Below are positions 11,798-24,080 of a stretch of DNA of 64,000 nt, piece by piece. The position numbers and the translations under genes were made by a program. Source of the DNA: Podarcis melisellensis (taxonomy: Eukaryota); assembly GCA_964234715.1 (NCBI GenBank), contig OZ174276.1; one strand, 5' to 3'. Numbering within the stretch: the first letter of the stretch is position 1; the number at the start of each line of letters is the position of its first letter. Under the pieces are notes generated by a model that had not been told where the DNA came from, made no database searches, and saw nothing but the letters and a program-made list of their open reading frames with translations.

Positions 11798-12211
11798 ATT
11801 CACAACGTGGCTGAGGCCATACCGAGCCCTGCAAATATGCTAGCAGTTTTATTACTGCACCTCAACATATTCCTTGTTTATCCAAGGATGGAGGATGCAT
11901 TTATTTATTACATTGTTTCCTCTGTGAACTCTTTGGCTAGACCCACTCAAAACTTGGAAAAAGTTCAGAAACTCTCATAACATCTGGCTTCTGATTTTAG
12001 TTGTTTCTCCAAGGTCATAGCTGTTGAACATTCTTAGATTTTTTAATTTTTCTTTGAATTGATGAACAGGCCTCTTTGATTTTCCACATTTGTCAACAGT
12101 GTACTTCTGGAAGATAGTTCCTTGTCCAACGATAATAATTAGATAGCAGTCAAGTCTCCCTTCATTTTAAACATTTTTAAAAAGAAAAAAGTACATAAAT
12201 ATGAATGTCCA

Positions 12212-12213
<2 letters not shown>

Positions 12214-12266
<53 letters not shown>
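12214..12266. repeat. (CT)n microsatellite
   Basis: About 26 CT units. Confidence 0.95.
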
Positions 12267-12269
<3 letters not shown>

Positions 12270-13139
12270 TAATCCAAAAAGCAATTTGCATAGCTCAGTG
12301 TTTGTTCTGACTGAAAATATTTCTCTTACAATTAATTCACATTGGCAAAATATGCTAGGTTGGCTTAGTTTGAAATAATTTCTCAGTAACAATCTTGGGG
12401 TGAAAAAGCTGATGAGTTTTGTTTCTTTAAGTCAGTTTGAGTCACTTGTGGGGGGGGAGTGACTAATGAATGTAGCAATAGTAACAGCTAAAGTTGGTAA
12501 TTGTGATGAACAAAAAAAACCCTACTTACAAATACTTGTTTAATGTAAAGATGGGGGAATAACAAAGGCAAGAAAAGAAGGGGAAATAACAAAGGCAAGG
12601 ATTATATTTAAAAGCAAAACAAAATACTTTGGGAAGAAAAATTCAGGAAAAAATTACACACAGAGAAATGTAATTTACCAAAAGAAAAGCAGGGCATGAT
12701 ATGGAAGGGTGTTGCATTTAGAGATCAGACTGGCTGCAGAAATTATTATGGTGCAACAGGCTTTGATATCTGCCTGTTAAATCTCCTGAGGTTCACTTAA
12801 AAGGCAGGAAGATGCATCTCAGGAGCTTTTATCTTGCTAAACCAATTTCACAAAAACAAAGCTATATTAAAGTAGCAGAGCTGTAATTGCTGGGTGTCAT
12901 CATCTGACCCTATTAGCAGAAGAAAGGAACCAAATAAATAAATAAACATAAGTTTGAGGCAGATTTCCAGAAGGCACACATGTACTTTGGGACAATCATT
13001 GAGGTAAGCAAGGGGTACAATTCTGCTAGGGTAATCTCCTGTGCATACTGATTTTATACATCACCTTCTATTTATTCAGTTTGTGTTACAAGACATTCTC
13101 AGTTGATCATGCCCAGGTTCATCCTTTTTCTGTGCTGGA

Positions 13140-13313
13140 TACAATAGGAACAAAGTTAGGTGCCTTTGATACAGTAGTTCGGTGTTTACAACACTGACTG
13201 GCAGCAACTCTCCAGTCTTTGAAGTAGGGGTCCCTCTCAGTCCTACCTGGAAGTGCTGGGGGTTGAATCTGGGATCTTCTGTGGCAAAAAAATGTTCACC
13301 ATTGAGCTATGGC
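13140..13313 (-). mobile_element. Old tRNA-Ala-headed SINE (degenerate)
   Basis: Reverse complement gives CCATAGCTCAATGGTGAA...CCCAGATTCAACCCCCAGCACTTCCAG; same family as 46880-47054. Confidence 0.55.
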
Positions 13314-13966
13314 ACTTCAGATGATAAGTAAGGAACAGCTCTTTATTGGGTGGGTGGTTGTGATCTACATGGGGTGCCGCACATCAGTTCCAGTCTTTAG
13401 TGAATCTCCTGATGAAGAGTGTTTGATGATATTATAAATACATAAGTTCTATTGAGCATACTAAGGAAGGAAGGAACACCTCCAGTACTCAAATTTCACT
13501 GCTGTATATGTGATTTATTTATTTTAATACTACATTCTTCATTATTGTGGTGAATGCCACCTGTAGACATCTGTATAATGAGAATGAAGTGTGTTGCCTT
13601 GTCGGCCTCACTAGTGGTCCAACCAGCACAGCCCAATGGTCAGAGATGATGGTAGTTGGAGAGCACCATGTTGATCATGCCTGACATAGCGGTGATCTGG
13701 GGGAACTGGAAACAGAAATGTGACCAGTATTAAAGTCAGCATTAAAGTCCGATAATGTACTTTCTCTGTCATGATGGATATATGCGCATGCAGTTAAGGG
13801 GAACCTGCTATGATCTACTGAATAATGAAAGCTGAGAGCAAACAGGAGGATAAGAATTGAAGATAAGAGATGAGTCCATTTGTAACCTCAAATACTAGGC
13901 GTATACAATTAAAATTCTAGCTTTTTATTGTCAAAAAGTGATAACATTTTTCATTTTTAATACCAG

Positions 13967-14101
13967 GTTGTGTACATAACAGCAACATTCCCATTCATCA
14001 TGCTTCTTGTACTGTTAATCCGTGGTGTCACTTTACCTGGAGCTTCAACGGGCATCAAGTTTTATCTTTACCCTGACATTTCTCGGCTAGCAGATCCACA
14101 G
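13967..14101 (+). CDS. SLC6A6: SLC6A6 coding exon 5 ([10 protein letters not shown]...SRLADPQ)
   Basis: AG/GT bounded, 135 nt. Confidence 0.96.
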
Positions 14102-14974
14102 GTGGGTTACTAAAAACTGGAAGTGGTGATACTTTTCTTCCTATGCTCTAAACAAACTGTGAGGAGGGCAGTGGGATGATTGTGCAGTAGATTTTCTTGT
14201 AATCTTGAAGCAGTCAAAACCTAATTGAAGATTACCTCCATGGTGTTATTCCTTTCCACCGTATCTTGTCAAAAAGGTTATTATTGTTAATGTGTTAATG
14301 CATTTTCCATGTGTGTATATCTTTTTATATCAGAAGGATTCTGAGGCTTGTAGACTCTGTCCAAATATAGCATCTCAGCTTTTTTGTTGATATTAGGCTG
14401 TGGACAAGGTAAGGGAGATAATTTTTGCTTCAGTCTTTAGCTCTTAAAGGCAGCAAAACTATGGAGCAGCGAACAGAACGGTAAGGAGCACTTGTGAGTA
14501 TTTGCAAATGTCCATGTCATATGGACGCCCTTGGGGGAAGGCAGTTAAGGACAGTGAAATAAAATGGGAAATGCTGAATACCTTTCACGTTCTTTGTAGA
14601 AACTTGCTTCTATGCAAATGTTTGGAAGATAGCACCCTTAGTAAAACTCAGGAGTATAGCACTTTCTTTTCTTTATTTGCTCCATCTTCAACTGCTTACA
14701 AATTATGTGACAGTTTATTTTATGATCTGGCCAGCCACAAGCTCTACCCCATAGCAATGGGGAAATGCAAAACTGTTAAAGTAGGGTGGGGAATGCACAT
14801 AAGACTATGGTAATATTGTGATACGAGCAGTAAATGAAAAGCAACTTATGATACAAGCCGGATGAAAATGCCACTGAGTACAATCCATCTGGAACACCAT
14901 TTATAGCAGCTATGGGAGAGGTTGCTGCTTCTTTCCTGTTCTGATTCGTTAAACTCTTCTCTGTTAGCCTAAGC

Positions 14975-15322
14975 TAGGGCTGGGGAACCCCCTTCAGGCC
15001 AAGGGTCACATTCCCACCTGGGCAGCCTTCTGTGGGGCAGGGGACACGTGGGAGGGGACAGTTGCAAAAGTGGGTGAAGGAACAAATGCAATTTTTACCT
15101 TTGTACAGTGGGACTCATTTCTACACACAGCCCTTGCTATCCTCCGTCCAGGAAACCAAGAGGCATTGTCATAGTTCAAAGACATATTCCAACAAAGTGA
15201 AAACCCTTAAGGGGGATCTGAAATAGTGCTGGTGGAGGGTATGGCCTTGAGAGTGTTCTAGGCGGTAGACAGAGAGGGCTGGAGGGCAGTGTTTTGCCAT
15301 TTGGTGAGGTTCCCTACCACTG
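14975..15322. mobile_element. hAT MITE, 348 bp
   Basis: Ends TAGGGCTGGGGAACC / GGTTCCCTACCACTG; perfect 8-bp TSD GCCTAAGC (14967-14974, 15323-15330). Confidence 0.8.
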
Positions 15323-15769
15323 GCCTAAGCAGAGCGCACTGGAAGACATAGTTGGCCACAGCAAGAAAAACCCTAAGAGGTATTGGGAGGAAGCATAGTG
15401 CTATCCACCAAAAATGCCTGGGATCCTTAAACCACTGAACTGATCTTGAAATGTATCTTGTGTGTATATTAGTCTGCTGGGATCTACAATGGGTGATGCT
15501 CAAAACTGGGACTGTATATATGTAATGCTCTGTTGTTTTTGTTTAAAAGAGCTGATTGCGCTTTTATTCACTTTTATGCCAAAATGTTGTGATATGATAT
15601 TGAACAGTGTAGGTGCATTCAATAGCTAGCATTTATGAGCGGATTATTTTAAAGAGACGTCTATTGTTGTCACATTGTGGGGGTTGCATAGTCTGTACTA
15701 GCTTTAGATAAATGGCCGGTGCTGGTGCAAAATGCAGCCTTCTAATGGGCCTTTTCGTGTTTTCTTTAG

Positions 15770-15873
15770 GTCTGGATAGATGCTGGGACGCAAATCTTCT
15801 TCTCCTATGCAATCTGCTTAGGTGCAATGACTTCCTTGGGGAGCTACAATAAATACAAATACAACTGCTATAG
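15770..15873 (+). CDS. SLC6A6: SLC6A6 coding exon 6 ([35 protein letters not shown]), GC donor
   Basis: AG acceptor at 15768-15769; 104 nt ending AG|GCAAGT. Confidence 0.93.
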
Positions 15874-15981
15874 GCAAGTTTCCTACCAAAGGGGTTTAGT
15901 ACATGTTAGCTAATTGATGTGTAGGGAACCATGGGTTCAATTTTTTTCTCCAATTAACTTCCTCCATGACATATGTGTGAC

Positions 15982-16113
15982 NNNNNNNNNNNNNNNNNNN
16001 NNNNNNNNNNNNNNNNNNNNNNNNNNNNNNNNNNNNNNNNNNNNNNNNNNNNNNNNNNNNNNNNNNNNNNNNNNNNNNNNNNNNNNNNNNNNNNNNNNNN
16101 NNNNNNNNNNNNN
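15982..16113. other. Assembly gap (132 N), probable location of SLC6A6 coding exon 7
   Basis: Run of N. The expected TM7 exon ([14 protein letters not shown]...VAES) was not seen by eye elsewhere between 15874 and 19227. Confidence 0.85.
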
Positions 16114-19100
16114 CGATGGTGTCGGTGGCAGTGATGGTGGGCACTGCCACCCAGTGTGTGAGCAAAGTAATACAAACCAAATCAACCGCCCCTCTCCCCC
16201 TCCCCCCAAAAGGAGATATTTTGAAAAGTAAAATTACTCAGCATTTCAGGAGACAAAGTCTTAATTTATTTCAATGGGTGTGACAGTTTGAAACAAATTG
16301 AAAACATGCAGAAACATAAAATGGAATTGAGTTTAAAAGAAATGCCCAGAACAGAGTCAAAAATATGCGAGATGCAAACAGTTTATAAATATATGAACCT
16401 CTGTGGTTGCTCTCCATTTGCTTCAATCAAATTCCGAATAGATATGATCGCCGAAAGCTCCATAGACCCACAGCAAGTGACCTCAAGAGATTATAGCTGT
16501 GCTAGGATATGCCTTGAGTATTATTGCACCATGTATATTTTAGTGAAGGGCCATTGCTTTCCATGACAAAGCTGTATAGAAACTAGGAAGAGAGGAGTCC
16601 CCCTTTTTGTACCCTTCCTGCCCTCCCAACATATTTTACCTTTGTGCATAGAGCACTTCCATGTACAGGAAACAGTGGATTGATTCCTACACATATTTCC
16701 CTGGGATACATGTGCATTAAAAGAACAATATGTCCTTATCTCATTTACTTTCGAACAAAGCATGCATACTTTTCTGGACTTGCCTTGTAACACCTGAGGA
16801 AGCACAGCAACTCAAATTATGCCTTCGAAGCCCAGACGTGCTAGACCAAATGCTCTTTTCATTGTAGTCTATGTGAACTTACTTAAAACGATAGCACTTA
16901 GACTGGCTGGCAGCAATTTCTGCAACTAGCTAGTAAAAAGGGTATTGTAGAACCCCAGAGGTTTCTGCTGGTCATATCCATTATACACATTTTATTTTTC
17001 TCTGTGAGTGCAGGTTTGGCGAGGTTCAAAACAGCTTGAAAAGGCAAGAAATGTGCATCGGCATTGGATGTGAAGCCATTAAAAGGCTGTGACTACCCTA
17101 ATATTAATGCACACCTCAGGCAGCAGACAAAGGTCACCCATTCGGGTGCTGTGGGGAAAACTTGTACTGTGATTTTGCCGTGCCATATTGTCAAACAGAT
17201 TGGTTTTTCTTCCTATAGTGCCATTTTAATAGTGGTGAGGAATGCCAGTGGAGATTTGTATATTCCCTCAAATTTTATTTTTCTTTATTTAAGAAACAAG
17301 GCTAGTTCTTTAAGGCAGGCAGGCAGGAAAATGAGGGAGCTGGGAATGGCTGTTAACATCCCAATGCAGAGCTTAACCCTGTTGATTTCAATTAGCTTAA
17401 GCTTGCTTAAGGCTGCAATCCTGTGCGCACATATCTGAGAGCAAACCACACTGAACACAGCAGGTTTTATTTCTTCTGAGTAAGCATGTGCTTGTCAGTC
17501 TGTTGAAAGATTGTAGCCATCAGATTTAAATGTTTGATGCCTTAGTCTTACACAGCACTTTTTAAAATGAAAAGTGGCTAAGGCTGATGTTAATTTAGGC
17601 CCACTTAGTTCAGTCGGACTTACTTCCAAGTACATGTGGGTAGGAGAATCAGCCTAAGTAACTTTATGAGCAGATAAGCAACTGCAGGATACAATAGTTG
17701 GCCATAGTGAGCTCCATTGAGAGATGAGCCCAGGAAACCAGTACTTTTTAGCTCTGTATGCATAGAACAGCTTGAGGTGAGCATAGTCTTCCCCCTCTTT
17801 TTTCTATTAAAAAGGTTAAAATATTTTCAAGGGGAAGTAGAGGAACTGGATTCAGTTCTATTTCCCTTCCTAAATAACTGACTGATGCAATTTTTATTTT
17901 TTTAAAATAATGTATTCAGTCACAGCAGTTGGTTCACAAGAGGGAATAATGTGGATAAGATCCATTTGTACATTTTGTTCCTTACCCAGCAAGAGATGTT
18001 TGTCATGACCTTAAATAACCTTAAATATGCATTTGCCCCAGTGCCACCAATTCAGAGAAAAGTGGCTGCACTTGATTTCCATTGAAATCAAGGGCACGTC
18101 TAATTTAATCTCATTTATTTTAGTGGGTCATGCTCAACTATTTTTTCTGAGGTGAAGACCATAGATTCAGGATTGGGGTGCCAGCATTTTTTCATTTTGC
18201 TGCACCGATCTGCCTTTCCATTCAGTTTAATGGCATGGAAAATGGAAGGTAGCAGAGGCATTCAGTGGTGAGTGACAAGGACTAATCTGTGGAGAGAATT
18301 CTTTTGCTGTACTTTGTAACAGATAAAAGAAGAAAAACAAAGTAGAGCTATAAACTGGAATGCCAGTGTATTTTCTTTAAGCAAAAGCTTGTATGAAAAG
18401 TGTTGATGTAATATTTTTATATTAACAATACTAGTTGAGGGACATTAGCCTTATTTCAGCCACCAGCTTGTTTTCAGAATGAAAAAACAGCAGCTATTGC
18501 TTTGTATCTTAAAAGAATACTGCCTACTGATAGCAGCAAATTGATTCATTATAGACATTGGGTAAGCCATTAACACAATGCAGCTACCAACCCCTTCATA
18601 GGAAGGGATGGAGGATTGATTAGATAGTCAAGTCAGTTTTTCAGCTTCCTTTGTTGTGGTATGGAAATGCTTTTTGTTGGCATTGATAGAACTGTGGAGG
18701 GGTATAACAGCTCCAAATCTGGCCTGTGGAGCACAAATCCCAAACCCTTGAAGGCTATTTTGTTGGTTTTATTTGTCCAAGGAGGGGCTGGGGGTTGCGA
18801 AAACAAAGAACACGTATGGCATTTCCCCCCTCCTCTGTTCGTAAAGGAGCACAGGAACCGGTCATCCTATAACTATGTCTCATTTACACCATAAGCCCAG
18901 CTGCTCATCTTCTATCTTATTCACTTTCTGCATGATGCGTGTAGAGTTTGACCTATTCTTGGCATGTTGAGGCAGATGCTGAGACTGATAGTGGATAAAT
19001 AAATAATGGCTTTTGAATTTAATTATTGGAGTTCCTGTTCTAGCAATGCATGCTTCTTTGTCAGATAAAGGATCCAAGTGAATTCCATTCTGGAATCTTC

Positions 19101-19227
19101 AGTTGGGTTTTGGTTTATCTGAATCGAATCAAGCATCTGTTCTGGAGAGGCAGAGGGGGTCTTGCCTTTGAGAATGAGCTGCTTACTTATTATGTCTTCT
19201 CCTCTTTCTCTCCCTTTATTCCTTTAG

Positions 19228-19340
19228 GTCCAGGCCTGGCCTTTATTGCCTATCCGAAAGCTGTGTCCATGATGCCACTCCCAACTTTTTGGGCTATTCT
19301 TTTTTTTATTATGCTTCTGTTGCTTGGCCTGGACAGCCAG
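19228..19340 (+). CDS. SLC6A6: SLC6A6 coding exon 8 ([13 protein letters not shown]...GLDSQ)
   Basis: AG/GT bounded, 113 nt. Confidence 0.96.
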
Positions 19341-20755
19341 GTGAGTAACCATAGCAACAAACACAGCATCCATACTGTATGATGGGAAATTTAACAATGT
19401 AATTGGGTTTGTTGCATTTTCTGCTCTGGGGCAAATGCATCATAAATGTTGCAGAAAAGGATTGCTTCATTCTCTAGCAGAGAAAGGATAACAACTGTTA
19501 ATCAGTGTTAGCCTATGCACTGTTTTGAAGTGTATGAAGTGGCTAATTAAGTTATTCAGGAAGGTTTCAGCTAAATCAGAAAGGGACAAAGCCATCCTTG
19601 GGATGTGGGGTTGAGTACCCTTGCATGTCCTGCCTTTCATAAGGTCTCTTCCAGTTCAGCACCCTTGAAAACTGAAACCAGTTAGACTAAATGTGTTGTA
19701 CACATTGGTGGTGTTGTTATTCCTTGAGGAAATGGATGGCTGCCCCGCCTCCCCAAAGAGACCTATTTATATGACGCAAATAAATCTGTTAATAATTTGT
19801 AGGCTATTGCTAGTTGCACAGATGTACCAGGGATTTAGGGGGTATTTCATTGAGTTGGTTTAAGAATTTAAACTAACAAGGTTCTATTTATTCCTTGGGA
19901 AAGTAGCTTTAACATTAAATAAATCTACTTGACAGGGGCAGAAAGTTTACTGAATTCAAAACCTCTCATATGAGCAGCGATTAGTGGAGTTTTCCCTCTG
20001 GCTGTTACTCACTTGATCTCTTAAATTGGCAAAGCATTCCATTTGTTCTAAATGGCTCTTTAGTGCTTAATCTTTGAACTCCAGTGAGTGACTTTTAATC
20101 ACTTCCAAATTGAATGTTAAAACATGCTTAGTGCTGTGGTTCTGCAACCAAGTACTTATGTAAATTGAGGGTTGCCTAGTAATTTTAAGTCATTTCTCAC
20201 TGTGTCGAATAATTAAAACTAATTGGAGCACTTAATGTTTTGTTTGCTTTTGGAGCGCTGTCAGGCAGGATTTTGGAATGCTAGAATAGCTTAGGAGCAA
20301 GCTAGACTATAGTTGTATTGCAACAGAAGAAAAAAAAAACTTCTGGAAGTGTACTGTATTTTAAGGCGCTAGGTTAAAGAAAGATTTTAATACATTAGCT
20401 TGTGAGTTAGCTTTACAGAGCACAGTACTAGTGCAGCTGTTGCTCGTTAGCAGAAACAAATATGATATGTTATGTGTGTAAAGAAAATTGCTTATATCCC
20501 CATGCATAATAAACTGAAAGAAGAAGATAGGGACTTATTTTTAAATACTTGGGAGGAGGACATTCTAAGTGCAAAAACCGAGTTGGACACCACTCACAGG
20601 CTGTAACCTTGACTTGTTGAAAGGTTAAGCAAGTAAATGGATTCAGCTTCTCCAGTGAGAGTGCCAGCACTGTTTCCAAGGCATGCCTTGTATGAAAGAA
20701 TGGAACACATTCATGGCAGTTGTTCAGGGTTCTTTTTTCTTTCCTTCTCTGCCAG

Positions 20756-20893
20756 TTTGTTGAAGTTGAAGGACAGATCACGTCATTAGTTGATCTGTAC
20801 CCATCCTTCCTAAGGAAGGGTTACCGACGGGAAATCTTCATCGCTATAATATGTTTCGTCAGCTATCTTCTGGGACTATCTATGGTGACTGAA
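20756..20893 (+). CDS. SLC6A6: SLC6A6 coding exon 9 ([10 protein letters not shown]...SMVTE)
   Basis: AG/GT bounded, 138 nt; contains the TauT-typical FVEVEG. Confidence 0.96.
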
Positions 20894-20974
20894 GTAAGTG
20901 AGACGAGCTGGTGTGGGTTTGCTTGGGTTTTGCTTTCATTCTGTGAAGTCAAATAGTACAGTGCAAGAGGGAAG

Positions 20975-21165
20975 CAATCACAGTTCAATGGCAGAGCACA
21001 GGCTTTACATGTGAAAAGGGCCCAGGTTGATTTCCTGCATCTCCAGTTAAAATAAAATTGGGAGAACTTTTCCTTCTTAGAGCTTCAGAGAGCTGGTAGC
21101 AGCCAGAGCTAACAGTACTGGGCTGGATATACAAATAGTTTGGCCTGAGCATAGGGGAAATTCCT
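20975..21165 (+). mobile_element. Old tRNA-Ala-headed SINE (degenerate)
   Basis: CAGTTCAATGGCAGAGCACAGGCTTTACATGTGAAAAGGGCCCAGGTTGATTTCCTGCATCTCCAG head plus family body. Confidence 0.55.
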
Positions 21166-21505
21166 TGGTACCTAAGAGAGTAGCCTGGCTCTATAAAACA
21201 GTTACTCTGTTGTTGTTGTTGTCGTTGTTGTTTTTTAAAGCAGAAAGAACAGCTGAGAACTGATTTATCCAAAGCTTTCATTTCTCTTAAGTTCTCCAGT
21301 GGTGTCAATGTAAGGCCATGCCAGTTGCAGCCCTGTGTATTATTAGTCCTGTTTTTAAACAGCACTGCATTTCCCCCAAGCTTATTTTTATAGAAGAACC
21401 TAGACAGCGTGCTCCGTTGTGCTGTAGATCTGGAGTAAACAAAGCTAGACAGATGTGAAACATGTGGGAAATGGTGCAGGTTGAAGCCTATCTCATATTT
21501 GGGGC

Positions 21506-21710
21506 TTCAAAAGCACGTCAGAGCGCAAGTTAGATAAGGCACCGCTCCGGCGGGAAGGTAAATGGCATTTCCGTGTGCTGTTCTGGTTTGCCAGAAGCGG
21601 CTTAGTCACGCTGGCCACATGACCTGGAAGCTGTACGCCGGCTCCCTCAGCGCTACAACCCCAGAGTCGTCCGCGACTGGACTTAACTGTCAGGGGTCCC
21701 TTTACCCTTA
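21506..21710 (+). mobile_element. 5'-truncated Sauria SINE (Squam1)
   Basis: Closely matches the 3' half of the 53063 copy (GCCAGAAGCGGCTTAGTCA...CCCCAGAGTCG...CAGGGGTCCCTTTACC). Confidence 0.9.
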
Positions 21711-22234
21711 CAAGAGAGCCTTATAGGTGCTAGAAAATGGAGCAGAGGGAAATACAGTGCATGAAAGGAAAATATCATGCTAAGGGAAAAGCAGTGTCAG
21801 CCCATATATGAGGAAGCTCCTTGGTAAGTGTTGCTTCCATATATTTTGGTCCTGTTATAGCAATTTCCGTTGAACACCAATTGTTTTCTCCCACCATATT
21901 TTTCTTGTGAGAGCCCATCCTAAAATACTATCCTTTAGAAAGGAAATAGCTCAGTGTTGGAGTAGAACAAGCTAAATGGCTTAATTTTGGCCAATCACAA
22001 TCTCTTTAAAAAATGCCTTCTACATAAGAAATAAGTGCATGTTCTGAGGAGGACAACAGCATGTGCTTATAACTCCCCGACAGTTGATTGACAGTTGTAT
22101 TTGCAGATGAGTAATCTTCTCCAGAGTGAGTCATAGATGTGAAGGATAGGGATGAAGGTCATCTTGCTTGCCACAGGTTTTCTTTGTGGTTTATTAATAG
22201 CACTTGTTTCTTTTTCTCTCTTGCTCTTTTTCAG

Positions 22235-22337
22235 GGTGGCATGTATGTGTTTCAACTCTTTGACTACTATGCAGCTAGTGGTGTATGCCTTTTGTGGGTT
22301 GCATTCTTTGAATGCATTGCTGTAGCCTGGGTTTATG
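22235..22337 (+). CDS. SLC6A6: SLC6A6 coding exon 10 ([16 protein letters not shown]...AWVY)
   Basis: AG/GT bounded, 103 nt. Confidence 0.96.
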
Positions 22338-22452
22338 GTGAGTAAGTTGTAAATATCTGGCCTGGTATTTTTCCTACAGGAACAACTAAACATTGCAGGG
22401 TCTTGGAAGATTAGGCTCCTGGATCCCAGGAGTTGGGATTGTGAGGGAGGCA

Positions 22453-22486
22453 GAGCTAAAATAGGGGTCGAGCTAAAATAGGGGTC
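22453..22486. repeat. 17-bp perfect tandem duplication GAGCTAAAATAGGGGTC x2
   Basis: Seen directly. Confidence 0.9.
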
Positions 22487-22564
22487 TAAGTGACAAATAT
22501 AATTTTTCTTACTTTGCTTCCTGAGATGCAGTCCTTGACAGGGGAAAAAAAGGTTGCTATATGG

Positions 22565-22830
22565 CAGGCATGTCCAACAGGTAGATCGTGATCTGCTGAA
22601 AGATCACCGGGTGTTCCTGGTAGATCTTTGGCCCCTCAGAGATCTCCTCCCCCCCAAAAAAAGGGGGAGGAGGAAGCTGAACAACTGTGAAAATCTTTAA
22701 TAAAAACAACAACTTTGCCTTTCCCAAGAAAGCTCGACAACTTTGGCCCATCCAACAACAATGGGTAGATCACTGCCAGTTTTTTTATACTGTGAGTAGA
22801 TCGCAGTCTATTGGGAGTTGGACGTCCCTG
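22565..22830. mobile_element. hAT MITE, 266 bp, with repeated GTAGATC subterminal motifs
   Basis: TIRs CAGGCATGTCCAAC / GTTGGACGTCCCTG; TSD CTATATGG / CTGTATGG (1 mismatch). Confidence 0.82.
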
Positions 22831-23979
22831 CTGTATGGGAACAGAGTTGGTGAATGTGAAGCTAAGAATCACTTTCCTAATTGAAACAACATATTGGCTT
22901 TCTTAGGAAGTGAGCCTGAGTCCCAGCCTTGAAAAATGAAGTAGTGTTTATAATACACATTACATTGCGAGAGACATTGGCTGAATCAAGCTGGATGCGG
23001 TGGTTGGTTTGGGGAATTTTCAAAAAGTATCTCCCTTTTCCAAAAGCAAGATTTTCAGGGGGCAATTGAAAAGGCATGGCTGGGCTTTTTGAGAGGAAAG
23101 TTAATGGGGCTTGGCCCCTGTACCAGTGTTCCCTTTTGCTATGCTGCTCTGTGGCAATGAAAGTGCTGCAGTGCAGCAAACAGGGAGCATCTGCCCAGAT
23201 AGACTTTGCATGTTCATCTGAGTGCAGATGTTGCCTGTGCCTGTGCTGACACCATTAGAAGTGGTCTGGAACTTCAGAGGGAAGGCGGTGCAACTTCTGT
23301 TGCCTTTGGCACTACATAGCCAACTCTGAATGGGAATGGCTTGCCATCAATTTTACAATGTGGTGTCTTTTTAGTTGAATCCCATTGTGAAGGAGAAAGC
23401 ATAAGTTTAACTTTTAAAGCTGAAAAAATAATAATCCTGGACCAGTAGTAGACTGTGGAAGAATCACTGTTTTAACAATAAGATAGAAGGTGTGGGTTTT
23501 TCAGCACTCTTTTCAGGTTTCTTGAAAACACACTTTTTATTTCAAAACTCTGGTGCACATAAGTGTGGGAATCATCCCTACTGAGGTCAAAAAAGAACAA
23601 ATTTCTTTCTGTTTGGTATGATAGTGTTTATGTTAAACATAGCCTGTCTCCCTAGCCCTATCCCTCCCAGCCTATAAATGGCTGTGGATAATGCAATAAA
23701 ACTATGGTTTGCTGGATCTGCAGCTCATCCCCCTGGAAATTAAGTGATATCCATGTTGATATTTTTAGAAACTTGTTATAATTTCTATTATAATAAAGGT
23801 TTGAAATGCCCCCACCTTTTTGGTACCTGTTTTCTGTGATGGTTTTGTTCTACACTTGATTTTGCATTTAATAAAAAAGAATTTTTAAAATGTGGCATAG
23901 CTCCCATTATGAGGTTAGAGCCAAAGCAGGCATCTAATCCAGTCCAGTAACATTCCCTTTCCCTTTTGTCGAACTCTAG

Positions 23980-24080
23980 GCGCTGATAATTTTTACGATG
24001 CCATTGAAGATATGATTGGTTACAGGCCCGGTCCCTGGATGAAGTGGAGCTGGATTATAATCACACCAGTTCTCTGTGTG
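23980..24080 (+). CDS. SLC6A6: SLC6A6 coding exon 11 ([33 protein letters not shown])
   Basis: AG/GT bounded, 101 nt. Confidence 0.96.

Noticed and set aside
17014-17132. AG...GT-bounded segment considered as a replacement for the missing SLC6A6 exon 7
   Set aside because: No similarity to TM7, wrong length and a weak donor.
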